From: Sediminispirochaeta sp.
GTDB lineage: Bacteria > Spirochaetota > Spirochaetia > B11-G9
Length of the DNA stretch: 64,000 bases
Assembly: GCA_024763455.1 (NCBI GenBank)
Contig: JANTFL010000002.1
Location: forward strand, 4,869 to 68,868
Direction of reading: 5' to 3'
Each line of letters opens with the position of its first letter. The first letter of the stretch is position 1. Below, piece by piece: positions 35,934 through 44,959 of the stretch. The notes under the pieces were generated by a model. It had not been told where the DNA came from and did not search any database. It worked only from the letters and a program-made list of their open reading frames with translations. The position numbers and the translations under genes were made by a program.

Positions 35934-38006
35934 ATGTTCGCTGATGAACTAAAATTTCCAGCAATTGATATAAAAGGGATCGGGTCTTCCTATGCAAAAT
36001 CTCTGGCAAAGGCGGGGATACTGACAGTTGCTGATATTATCCGCTATATACCCAGAAGTTATGAAAACAGAAAAGACAGTGTCCCCCTTTCCTCCGTCCC
36101 CAATAGGAGAGAGGTGAACACTGTCGTCGAAGTAATTGCCCATGATTTTGTCGGTTACGGAAAGAAAAAGACCCTGAAAATATTCGTTAGGGATGCAACC
36201 GCAACAGGAGTTCTTGTATGCTTTGGAAGGAATTTTCTAAAGGACAAAATGCCTGTCGGTAAACGGTTCTACCTTTACGGACATTTTGACTTCCGTTACG
36301 GTGAACTGCAGTCAACCCAGTTTGATACGGAAGCCTACTCTGATACCCCCAGGAATTTCGGTTTGATCCTCCCTGTGTATCCCCTCTCAGGGAATCTTAA
36401 GCAGAACGTTCTGAGAAAGGCTGTGAAAGCAGTACTCAATACCTATCTTCCTTCTATTGATGATCAGCTTCCTGCCGATCTTATGCGGAAATACAATTTC
36501 CCATCCAGGAAAGATGCTGTTAATGCTGTGCATTTTCCCGGGTCCATAGAAGAGAGGGAAAAAGCCCTTCGTCTGCTTAAATACGAGGAGCTCTTTTTTC
36601 TCCAGCTTTCTGCAGTGCGCCGGGCGTTCAAATACAAGAAAGAGAAAAGGGAAGTACGTGACATTCCCGGCGGTTTGATGGAGAAAGCCGTCCTGGCCCT
36701 CCCCTTCACCCTTACACCGGACCAGATCTTAGTCCTGAAGGAAATTAAAAATGACATGGAATCGGGAAGCCCCATGTACCGGCTTCTTCAGGGGGATGTG
36801 GGAAGCGGGAAAACCCTTGTAGCCTTCCTTGCAGCTCTTTTTATAACCGAAGCAGGAGGACAAAGCGCTTTTATGGCACCTACTGAGCTTCTGGCCCGCC
36901 AGCATGCTGAAAATGCCGCACGACTTCTCGAACCCCTGGGTGTCCGTCTTGCATTCCTGAGCGGCAATATAAAGAGCAAACAGAGAGGACCGCTTTTAAA
37001 GGCACTGGAAAAGGGAGAAATAGATCTTATTATAGGGACTCATGCACTCTTTACCTCCGATGTAGCATTCAAAAAACTGGAATTCGTTATCGTTGACGAG
37101 CAGCATAAATTTGGCGTCCTGCAGCGTATATCACTTTTCAACAAAGGGGAAAAACCTGATGTCCTGCTCATGACAGCAACGCCCATTCCCCGGACTATCA
37201 CCATGACCATTTTTGCTGACCTTGATGTTTCGGTTATTAAAACGGTCCCGGCAGGGAGAAAACCGGTAATAACCCATCTGTCAAGAATGGGCAACGAAGA
37301 GAAAGTTTACCGGGCGGTAGGAAATGAACTGAAGAAAGGGCATCAAGCCTATTTTGTCTATCCAAGGATCTCCTCCGGAAGTACTGCTCAAGAGAGCCTC
37401 AAAGATGCAGAAAGGATGTTCCGTTATTTGAAGAATGAGATTTTTCCGGAGTATAGAACCGCCCTGATCCATTCAAAAATCCCGGATACAGAAAAGATCG
37501 AAATAATGGACAGTTTCAGCCGGGGAGAAATAAAAATCCTGGCAGCAACCAGCGTTGTAGAAGTGGGAGTCGATGTGAGGAATGCGACGTGTATGGTTAT
37601 TGAACACGCCGAGAGGTTTGGACTCTCAGCTCTCCACCAGCTGAGAGGAAGAGTGGGGAGAGGAACGGAGCAGGCATATGCATTTTTAATATACTCTGAA
37701 AACCTGAGTGATAGTGGAAAAGAACGCCTGAAGGTGATGATGCAGTACAGTGACGGGTTCTCAATCTCAGAAGAGGATCTCAAAATAAGAGGCCCCGGAC
37801 AGCTCGCCGGAACAAGGCAATCAGGCTTCCTGAAACTGAATTTTGCTGATATCATCAGGGATACAGATATTCTGCATCTGGCGAGGAAGGATGCTCTATC
37901 GGTATTAAAAACAGATCCCGGATTCCTGAGTGCAGATAACGGAGTGCTGAGAGAAGTTCTGGAAAGGTGTCCCCCCTTTGAAGATGATCTCTTGTCAAGC
38001 GGTTAG
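35934..38006 (+). CDS. recG: ATP-dependent DNA helicase RecG
   Basis: 690 aa. Wedge/OB N-terminus, LLQGDVGSGKT, VIVDEQHKFGV, TATPIPRT and QLRGRVGRG. Confidence 0.96.
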   Translation: MFADELKFPAIDIKGIGSSYAKSLAKAGILTVADIIRYIPRSYENRKDSVPLSSVPNRREVNTVVEVIAHDFVGYGKKKTLKIFVRDATATGVLVCFGRNFLKDKMPVGKRFYLYGHFDFRYGELQSTQFDTEAYSDTPRNFGLILPVYPLSGNLKQNVLRKAVKAVLNTYLPSIDDQLPADLMRKYNFPSRKDAVNAVHFPGSIEEREKALRLLKYEELFFLQLSAVRRAFKYKKEKREVRDIPGGLMEKAVLALPFTLTPDQILVLKEIKNDMESGSPMYRLLQGDVGSGKTLVAFLAALFITEAGGQSAFMAPTELLARQHAENAARLLEPLGVRLAFLSGNIKSKQRGPLLKALEKGEIDLIIGTHALFTSDVAFKKLEFVIVDEQHKFGVLQRISLFNKGEKPDVLLMTATPIPRTITMTIFADLDVSVIKTVPAGRKPVITHLSRMGNEEKVYRAVGNELKKGHQAYFVYPRISSGSTAQESLKDAERMFRYLKNEIFPEYRTALIHSKIPDTEKIEIMDSFSRGEIKILAATSVVEVGVDVRNATCMVIEHAERFGLSALHQLRGRVGRGTEQAYAFLIYSENLSDSGKERLKVMMQYSDGFSISEEDLKIRGPGQLAGTRQSGFLKLNFADIIRDTDILHLARKDALSVLKTDPGFLSADNGVLREVLERCPPFEDDLLSSG

Positions 38007-38018
38007 GAGAGTGTAGAT

Positions 38019-38549
38019 TTGAGAATAACAGGCGGAAAGTACAGAGGAAGAAAGGTCACCTGCCCACCGGGAATAATCCGTCCGGCAATGGACAGGATGC
38101 GGGAGTCACTTTTCTCTATTCTAGGAGATATCAGCGGCTGCTCTTTTTTGGATCTGTTTTCAGGATCCGGCCTGGTCGGAATTGAAGCTGCTTCCCGGGG
38201 GGCGGATCCGGTCGTAATGGTGGAGAGGGATTATAAAAAGAAAAGAGTGATTCTGGAAAACATGAAATTTGTTGAGAGCGAGATCACCTTACGGATGATG
38301 AACGTGCAGCGGTATATAGATTTTGCAAAGCACAGCTTTGATCTGATATATGCTGACCCTCCCTTTATATTTTCAAAGAAACAGGATCTGATCAGAAAAA
38401 TAGGCTTATCGCCCCTTATTGGGCCGGAAACGATTGTCATGATCCATCACCCATCTACAGATGAGTGGGATCAGGAAACAGGTAATCTTGAATGTTATGA
38501 TATACGCAAATACGGCGGGTCTATTGTAAGGTTCTTCAGACCCGTCTAA
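38019..38549 (+). CDS. rsmD: 16S rRNA (guanine966-N2)-methyltransferase RsmD
   Basis: MRITGGKYRGRKV, DLFSGSGLVGIEAASRGA and YADPPF. TTG start after GGAGAG. Confidence 0.88.
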   Translation: MRITGGKYRGRKVTCPPGIIRPAMDRMRESLFSILGDISGCSFLDLFSGSGLVGIEAASRGADPVVMVERDYKKKRVILENMKFVESEITLRMMNVQRYIDFAKHSFDLIYADPPFIFSKKQDLIRKIGLSPLIGPETIVMIHHPSTDEWDQETGNLECYDIRKYGGSIVRFFRPV

Positions 38550-38775
38550 ACATCAGCCGTTCACGGCTTCCACCCACTTTTTCCATCTATCCAAAAGAGG
38601 TCCTTCCGGTTCCTGTGGTATAGTTTCAACAGGAATCTCCTTAAACCGTTCCCCGCTTTGTGTCAGGAGGATATCTTCAATCTTCAACTTGTCGTCCATA
38701 CCTCCTAGTTTACACCTTTTTTTTTATTTTCCAATCAATTCTGCTCATATCAGGGAAATAAAATACAAATTCCCT

Positions 38776-39843
38776 TTATCTTTTTTTCCGGCCGAAATTT
38801 TTATACTCCTTGTGAATTGCTTTCCATTTCTGTTTTTCAAGAATTTCTAAACGATGATTTCCGCGGCGTTCCTGATACCTGACTTCATTCATGTACTTCC
38901 TGTAACTGCGTAATCTTGATTCAGCTAGTAAGCCATTATCTATTGCTTCCCGGACAGCACATCCAGGTTCTTCGTTATGGGTGCAGTTACTAAATCTGCA
39001 TGATTCTGCAGCTGTTTCAATATCACTGAAAACAGTGGAAACTGCAGCAGTATCACCCGTAAGCTGAATCTCCCTAATACCTGGAGAATCTATCAGGATA
39101 CCTCCCCAGGATAGCTGAAACATATTTCTGCTGGTGGTCGTATGACGTCCTTTTCTATCATCATCCCTTACTGAACCGGTATCGCGTATGAGCTCTCCGG
39201 CAAGCATGTTGGTGAGAGCTGATTTCCCTACCCCGGATCTCCCGATAAAAAGACCAGTCCTTCCCGATCCTAGAACCTTCTTTATTCTCTCAGCCCCGGT
39301 TCCGGTAACCGCACTTGCCATAATGACAGGGACCCCCGGAGCAGCTCCATTTATTTCTGTCAGAATGGAAGTTGCATCTTCACACAGGTCTACCTTGTTA
39401 AGAACAACCACAGGAGATGCACCGCCGTCCCAAACAAGAGTCAACAACCTTTCCAATGAACCTGTATTAAAACTCCTTCCGCCGTCAAGTCCAAATACCA
39501 GGAAGACAATATCAAGATTTGCAGCGAGAATCTGCTCCTGTGAGGTTACTCCTGCCGATTTCCGCTTAAGAATCGATTTTCTCGAAAGCACCTTTTCAAT
39601 GAGGAAAAGCTCTCGCTCCTCCTTCAGCAGGACGAAATCTCCAACAACAGGAAAATCTGTTCCAGATAGAGCTTTGTAACGGAAGGATCCTGAAAGTTCA
39701 GCCTTAATCTCCCCGGTTTCCGTAACAACAGAGTAAAGTCCTCTGGCTCCAAACCCTACCCTTCCGGGTATGCAATTTTCTAAACCTGACGCGGATATCT
39801 CGGCGTTTCTGCTCTCATTCCAGCCATATAATTCTAAATTCAT
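38776..39843 (-). CDS. rsgA: Ribosome small-subunit-dependent GTPase A
   Basis: Circularly permuted GTPase with VLNKVDL then GRSGVGKSAL. C-terminal Zn knuckle CRFSNCTHNEEPGCAV. Confidence 0.93.
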   Translation of the reverse strand: MNLELYGWNESRNAEISASGLENCIPGRVGFGARGLYSVVTETGEIKAELSGSFRYKALSGTDFPVVGDFVLLKEERELFLIEKVLSRKSILKRKSAGVTSQEQILAANLDIVFLVFGLDGGRSFNTGSLERLLTLVWDGGASPVVVLNKVDLCEDATSILTEINGAAPGVPVIMASAVTGTGAERIKKVLGSGRTGLFIGRSGVGKSALTNMLAGELIRDTGSVRDDDRKGRHTTTSRNMFQLSWGGILIDSPGIREIQLTGDTAAVSTVFSDIETAAESCRFSNCTHNEEPGCAVREAIDNGLLAESRLRSYRKYMNEVRYQERRGNHRLEILEKQKWKAIHKEYKNFGRKKR

Positions 39844-40060
39844 TATTTATTCCTCTAACTCCGGTCATCGCAAATAGAAAACTATCCTCTTAATTAACAG
39901 TATCAAGAGTGAAAATGTTTGGTAAAACAGCAAGAAATGATTCAGAAAAGCTTATTTGGAAGGCAGTCTATATACAGCTTCCTAAAGGTGTTTTTGCAGA
40001 ACCATCACATACTATAGGTTCTGCAGTATAGCTTGTCAAGTTTACAGAAGAAAACACCAA

Positions 40061-40089
40061 TTGCCACTGATTCTCTATTCTGATACGAT
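40061..40089 (+). promoter_or_regulatory. Putative sigma-70 promoter of hisZGB (leadered)
   Basis: TTGCCA 40061-40066, 17-nt spacer, TACGAT 40084-40089. SD AAGGAGG 40101-40107, GTG 40114. Confidence 0.4.
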
Positions 40090-40113
40090 GATAGACCGTC
40101 AAGGAGGATCGAA

Positions 40114-41199
40114 GTGACAGAAAAAAATCAGAGGCTTCTCCAAATCCCTCAAGGGACCGAGATTATCTATTTAGAGGAAGCTTTCAAACATCAGCAGGCT
40201 GTTTCCCAAATCAACACCCTCTTTACTTCCTGGGGTTACTTACCGGTGGAAACTCCGTTGTTTGATTTCTTTGATATCTATCAGGAGCTTCTCAGCAACA
40301 AGGTACAAGATGTGTACCGGCTCGTTGACAGGGAGGGAGATTTGTTAATGCTCAGGTCCGATATTACCCTTTTCCTTGCCAAACAGATGGGCATCATGCT
40401 CTCCCGGGCAGATCTTCCGAAGAGGGTATACTACTCAGGAGCAATCCTCCGCCACCAGAACAGAGAAGATATTTCCAAAAATGAGTTTTTCCAGACTGGA
40501 ATAGAGCTTATCGGTAAGAGCGGAGCAGAAGCAGATCTTGAAGTTCTAACCCTTCTTGTGCGGACCTTTGAGGCGCTTAACGTAAAACCTGTCGTACATA
40601 TCGGTTCGCGGGATCTTATCAATACTCTGCTTTCCGCCTACCCGGATGATTTTACCGCTTCGGTTTTCACGGCGGTTAAAAAAAGAGACTTTCCGTCATT
40701 GAAAAATCTTCTGGAAGGAAATGTTTCCTCGGAGAAAATACCCTTTTTCATGCATCTCCTCCAATTTATTGGAACCAGTGAAGAATTCAGGAATATGCTT
40801 AAAAAATACTCGTATAAACCTTCTGAAATCGAAATGGAGAAGATAGAGTACTTGCTGTCTCTGCTGGATACTCTTGAAAAACTTGGAATGGGACAGTACT
40901 TCCGTATAGATATGTCCGAAACAGGAAACCAGAGTTACTATACCGGTATTATTTTTCAAGGATATCTGGAAGGTACCGATTCCGCAGTTGTTTCCGGGGG
41001 AAGATACGATTCCCTCCTTGAGCATTTCGGGTTCGACACCCCTTCGGTAGGATTCTCAATTCTCCTTAGAAAGGTGGAGGAACATCTCGGCTCAAAGTTT
41101 ACCCTTCCCGAGAACACAAGGATCAAGGAAAAAGACTTTGCAACAGCATTCAGAAAAGCAGAAAAGATCAGAAAAGAAGGGGGAATAGCAATACTATGA
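40114..41199 (+). CDS. hisZ: ATP phosphoribosyltransferase regulatory subunit HisZ (HisRS paralogue)
   Basis: 361 aa, class-II aaRS-like (GYLPVETPLFDF, YRLVDREGDLLMLRSDIT, QTGIELIG). Lies immediately upstream of the short-form hisG with an ATGA overlap. Confidence 0.88.
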   Translation: MTEKNQRLLQIPQGTEIIYLEEAFKHQQAVSQINTLFTSWGYLPVETPLFDFFDIYQELLSNKVQDVYRLVDREGDLLMLRSDITLFLAKQMGIMLSRADLPKRVYYSGAILRHQNREDISKNEFFQTGIELIGKSGAEADLEVLTLLVRTFEALNVKPVVHIGSRDLINTLLSAYPDDFTASVFTAVKKRDFPSLKNLLEGNVSSEKIPFFMHLLQFIGTSEEFRNMLKKYSYKPSEIEMEKIEYLLSLLDTLEKLGMGQYFRIDMSETGNQSYYTGIIFQGYLEGTDSAVVSGGRYDSLLEHFGFDTPSVGFSILLRKVEEHLGSKFTLPENTRIKEKDFATAFRKAEKIRKEGGIAIL

Positions 41200-41801
41200 C
41201 ACTGACAATGGCGCTGCCCAAAGGCAGACTTCTTGACAACGTTAAAAACCTTTTTGCATCGAAGGGGATGGATTTTTCCTTTGACAACAGGAAACTAGTA
41301 GCATACGATTCCTCAAATACCCTCAAGATCTTTCTTGTAAAGAACTCTGATCTCCCCACCTATGTGAACCACGGTATTGCAGGCCTGGGTATCTGCGGAT
41401 CAGATGTTCTTTACGAGAACAGCTATGATTTTTTCAAGCTTCTGACCTTCGACTTCGGCGGTACATCAATGTGTATTGCAGGAAAAAAAGGTGAAAAACT
41501 GGATATGTCAGAAAAAAAGTTATCAATTGCTACAAAATTCACCCATTTCACCCGAGATTATTACCATAAGAGGGGGATTCCAGTGGAAATAGTAAAACTT
41601 AACGGTTCGGTTGAGCTTGCTCCGGTTCTGGGTCTTACCAGATACATCGTGGATCTTGTAGAAACCGGAAGTACTTTAAAAGCAAACAACCTTGAAGTTT
41701 TTGAAAAACTTGAGGACATTAAAGTCCATTTGATAGCAAACCCCTCATACTATAAACTGAATTACAAGGCTATCAATACTTTTGTAGAAAGGATTACATA
41801 A
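41196..41801 (+). CDS. hisG: ATP phosphoribosyltransferase, short form (HisG-S)
   Basis: 201 aa with LALPKGRL, VKNSDLPTYVNHGIAGLGICGSDVL and DLVETGSTLKAN. Confidence 0.93.
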   Translation: MTLTMALPKGRLLDNVKNLFASKGMDFSFDNRKLVAYDSSNTLKIFLVKNSDLPTYVNHGIAGLGICGSDVLYENSYDFFKLLTFDFGGTSMCIAGKKGEKLDMSEKKLSIATKFTHFTRDYYHKRGIPVEIVKLNGSVELAPVLGLTRYIVDLVETGSTLKANNLEVFEKLEDIKVHLIANPSYYKLNYKAINTFVERIT

Positions 41802-42385
41802 TGGACAGGAGATCAGTAACTGTAAAACGTGAAACAAAAGAAACCAGAATAGATCTTTCTCTGGAAATGGAGAGCAGAACGCTTTCTATATCCACAGGTC
41901 TCCCCTTTTTTGATCATATGCTGAATGCCATGGCTTTTCACGGTAAGTTTGGACTGATCGTACAAGCAGATGGAGATCTGGAGGTAGATCCCCATCATCT
42001 TGTCGAAGATACGGGCATTGTACTGGGGCAAGCCCTCAGAGAGATAATCGGAACCTACGGTCCTGTCAGCAGGTTCGGGCACGGCATAATTCCCATGGAT
42101 GAAGCTCTTTCAGAAGCAACCATCGATGCGTCCGGGAGAGCATTTTTAGTATTCAAGGCGGAATTCCCGCAGGAATATTCCGGAAATTTTCACATGCCCC
42201 TTTTAAATGAGTTTTTTACCGCTCTTGCGCATGCGGGAGGCTTGACACTTCATCTTGACTGCAGGTACGGAAGTAACAGTCACCACATGGCAGAAGCCCT
42301 TTTTAAAGCATTGGGAAAAGCTATTGAAACTTCATTTACGCCGGAGCAGAAGGGTGAGGTTCTTTCAACCAAGGGAATTCTCTAA
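41801..42385 (+). CDS. hisB: Imidazoleglycerol-phosphate dehydratase
   Basis: 194 aa with RETKETRI, PFFDHML, DPHHLVEDTGI and SNSHHMAEALFKALG. Confidence 0.95.
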   Translation: MDRRSVTVKRETKETRIDLSLEMESRTLSISTGLPFFDHMLNAMAFHGKFGLIVQADGDLEVDPHHLVEDTGIVLGQALREIIGTYGPVSRFGHGIIPMDEALSEATIDASGRAFLVFKAEFPQEYSGNFHMPLLNEFFTALAHAGGLTLHLDCRYGSNSHHMAEALFKALGKAIETSFTPEQKGEVLSTKGIL

Positions 42386-42449
42386 TTCCTCCAAATTTTT
42401 ACTTGCTATTAGTGTTAATGTTTAGTATTATTGGGGTTTAACAGTGCAG

Positions 42450-42767
42450 ATGCCTGAAAAAAGTAAACCTGAAGGTTTTTTAAAAACCGGCAGGGGGAAA
42501 AAACAAGTACTCACTTCTTCACAGCGATCTGCTTTAATCAGGAAGGGGAATGAATTTTTTAACCGCGGCGACTATGAAACTGCTAAAAAAATTTTTATCA
42601 CAACCTCCTACTGTGACGGACTTATCCGTTTGGGAGATTACTACAAGAAAAAGGGTAATACCATAGAGGCATTGAGGATGTACAAAATAGCTCCGGCAAA
42701 AGATAAATTTGACCAAATCCTGGAACAAACAGCAGCAATCTTAAGCCGGTGGCTTAAAGAGGAATAG
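42450..42767 (+). CDS. Small TPR/Sel1-like hypothetical protein
   Basis: KGNEFFNRGDYETAKKIF and LGDYYKKKGNTIEALRMY are helical-repeat-like. The start is ambiguous (GTG 42444 or ATG 42450). Confidence 0.5.
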   Translation: MPEKSKPEGFLKTGRGKKQVLTSSQRSALIRKGNEFFNRGDYETAKKIFITTSYCDGLIRLGDYYKKKGNTIEALRMYKIAPAKDKFDQILEQTAAILSRWLKEE

Positions 42768-42773
42768 AGCATA

Positions 42774-43922
42774 ATGAACGAAGAAGAAATGGATATACCA
42801 CAGGATGCAGAGCAGGAAGCTGCCAGCCCTGAACAGATATTAAGTGAAAAAGTAGCACAGCTTTCCAAAGAGGGCTATCATCTTCTTAAAGAGGAACGGC
42901 TCCAGGAAGCTGAAGAATGCTTTTTCAAGATTCTGGAGATTGAGGATGACAACAATTATGCTCTTGTCGGACTTGGAGATACCGCCAGAAAAGAAGGAAA
43001 ACTGAACAAAGCAATCAAGTACTATCAAAGATGCCTTGAATTGTACGAATCCAACAACTATGCTCTGTTTGGTCTTGCAGACTGCTACAAGGCAATGAAT
43101 CAGTACAACAAGGCAATTAAAATCTGGGAGGAGTATCTCCTCCAGGATGAAAATAATATAACAGTCCTCACCAGGGTTGCGGATGCATACAGGAAGGTCA
43201 GGAGTTTTAAGAAATCCAAAGAAATTTACTTAAAGGTTCTGGAACTTGAGGAAAACAATGCCTATGCACTTATTGGGCTGGGACATCTCCATTACGATTT
43301 TAAAGAGTTTAGAGAGGCGCTTTTCTACTGGGAAAAGATAGTGGAACTGAACAAAGATCATGTAGATATACGTGTTTTAACCTCGATTGGAAACTGCCAC
43401 CGAAAACTCAAAACCTACGAAGATGGACTTAAATTTTTCCACATGGCCCTGGATTTGGACCCTGATAATTTTTATGCACTCTTCGGCCTGGCAGACTGCT
43501 ACCGAGGATTGAACAGAAACGAGGATTCCCTGGAATGCTGGCACAGGATTTTGAAGAATGATCCCGACAACAAGGTTATTCTTACCCGGGCTGGTGATGC
43601 TTACCGTGAAATTGGGGACCTTGATAATGCTGAAAAATATTATACCAAGGCACTGAATATTGAGTTTGATTCCTTTGCAGTTATTGGTCTTGCGCTTCTC
43701 AACAAAGCAAGGGGAAACTATCACGAAGCTATTGACAGCCTTTCTTCCCTTATCCTTAACGATCCGAGGAATCACCGATTATACTCAGAAATGGCGGAAT
43801 GTTATCTCTCCCTTGGTGAAAAAAGCAAAGCAATCGATATACTCAACGAATTTCAGAAGAAGGGTATGCACAGCGTGTATGTAACCCGTCTTTTGGAAAA
43901 AATTAAGTCCGGCAGATCATAA
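42774..43922 (+). CDS. Tetratricopeptide-repeat protein
   Basis: 382 aa. About 9 consecutive 34-aa repeats with recurring NNYALxGLADCYR/K and xAxxxWExxL patterns. Confidence 0.82.
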   Translation: MNEEEMDIPQDAEQEAASPEQILSEKVAQLSKEGYHLLKEERLQEAEECFFKILEIEDDNNYALVGLGDTARKEGKLNKAIKYYQRCLELYESNNYALFGLADCYKAMNQYNKAIKIWEEYLLQDENNITVLTRVADAYRKVRSFKKSKEIYLKVLELEENNAYALIGLGHLHYDFKEFREALFYWEKIVELNKDHVDIRVLTSIGNCHRKLKTYEDGLKFFHMALDLDPDNFYALFGLADCYRGLNRNEDSLECWHRILKNDPDNKVILTRAGDAYREIGDLDNAEKYYTKALNIEFDSFAVIGLALLNKARGNYHEAIDSLSSLILNDPRNHRLYSEMAECYLSLGEKSKAIDILNEFQKKGMHSVYVTRLLEKIKSGRS

Positions 43923-43924
43923 AA

Positions 43925-44959
43925 ATGCAGCCTCTCACAGGACTATTACCAGACGAAATTTATTCTGCATTGGATCTTAAGCAGTCTTTCAGGGGAAAGC
44001 AGATTTTTAAATGGGTCCATAGCGGAGCAGAATCTTTTACAGAGATGACTAACCTTTCAGCGGCCTTGAGGGAAAATCTCTCGTCCCGCTGTGTTCTCTT
44101 CTCTTCCATGATAGCAACAGAGGTTGTGAGCCGCGACGGCACAGTCAAAATAACCATCAAACTGGAGGACGGGTTGTTTGTAGAGGCAGTACTCCTGGAA
44201 GATGAAACAGGAAGAAAGACAGCATGTCTTTCCAGTCAGGCCGGCTGTGCCATGGGATGTAAATTCTGCCGTACCGGGACCATGGGTCTTTTAAGAAATC
44301 TTTCTCCGGGAGAGATTGTGGAACAGTTTCTCCTGCTCCAGAACAAGTATGGGAGAATATCCAATATTGTCTTTATGGGAATGGGAGAACCCTTCGAAAA
44401 CCTAGCCAGTGTCCGTAAAGCCATTGAGATATTTCATCATCAGGATGGACAGAATATTGGTCTCAGGAGGATAACAATCTCCACCTGCGGCATTATTTCA
44501 GGGATTGATTCCCTTGCTGAGGAAGGACCTGCCGTAAGACTTGCAGTATCCCTGGTAAGCGGAGATCAGGATACACGGACATCCCTTATGCCGATTACCA
44601 AAAGTAATCCACTCCCGGAGTTAAAAAAATCGCTGAAACAGTATCAGCTGAGCACAGGTAAAAGATTTACCCTTGAATACGTCCTATTGGGAGGAGTTAA
44701 CGACACCCTGAAGGATGCAGAAAAAGTGCGCCATTTTATTGGGAATATGAAAGCTGCTGTTAATGTTATTCCGTGGAATCCTGCAGATACTTTGCCCTTT
44801 AAAGAACCGGAAGAAGAAAACGTAAACCTCTTTTTAGACAGACTGGAGGAACTTGGAGTTACCGTAACCAGACGCTACAGAAGAGGCAGGGGGATCAACG
44901 GAGCATGCGGTCAGCTAGCTGTGTTCGAGAACAGCTCGGATTCTTCTAACCCCGGCTGA
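43925..44959 (+). CDS. rlmN: 23S rRNA/tRNA (adenine-C2)-methyltransferase RlmN (radical SAM)
   Basis: FRGKQIFKWV, radical-SAM CAMGCKFC, GMGEPFEN, and C-terminal INGACGQL. Confidence 0.93.
   Translation: MQPLTGLLPDEIYSALDLKQSFRGKQIFKWVHSGAESFTEMTNLSAALRENLSSRCVLFSSMIATEVVSRDGTVKITIKLEDGLFVEAVLLEDETGRKTACLSSQAGCAMGCKFCRTGTMGLLRNLSPGEIVEQFLLLQNKYGRISNIVFMGMGEPFENLASVRKAIEIFHHQDGQNIGLRRITISTCGIISGIDSLAEEGPAVRLAVSLVSGDQDTRTSLMPITKSNPLPELKKSLKQYQLSTGKRFTLEYVLLGGVNDTLKDAEKVRHFIGNMKAAVNVIPWNPADTLPFKEPEEENVNLFLDRLEELGVTVTRRYRRGRGINGACGQLAVFENSSDSSNPG

Noticed and set aside
38553-38699. 48-aa minus-strand ORF (MDDKLKIEDILLTQSGERFKEIPVETIPQEPEGPLLDRWKKWVEAVNG) preceded by AGGAGG, lying between rsgA and the end of rsmD.
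   Set aside because: The SD-like AGGAGG ends only 1 nt before the ATG, which is too close for normal initiation. I recognise no family, and the ORF is below any length where chance can be excluded. It is worth a Ribo-seq look but is not supportable as a feature.
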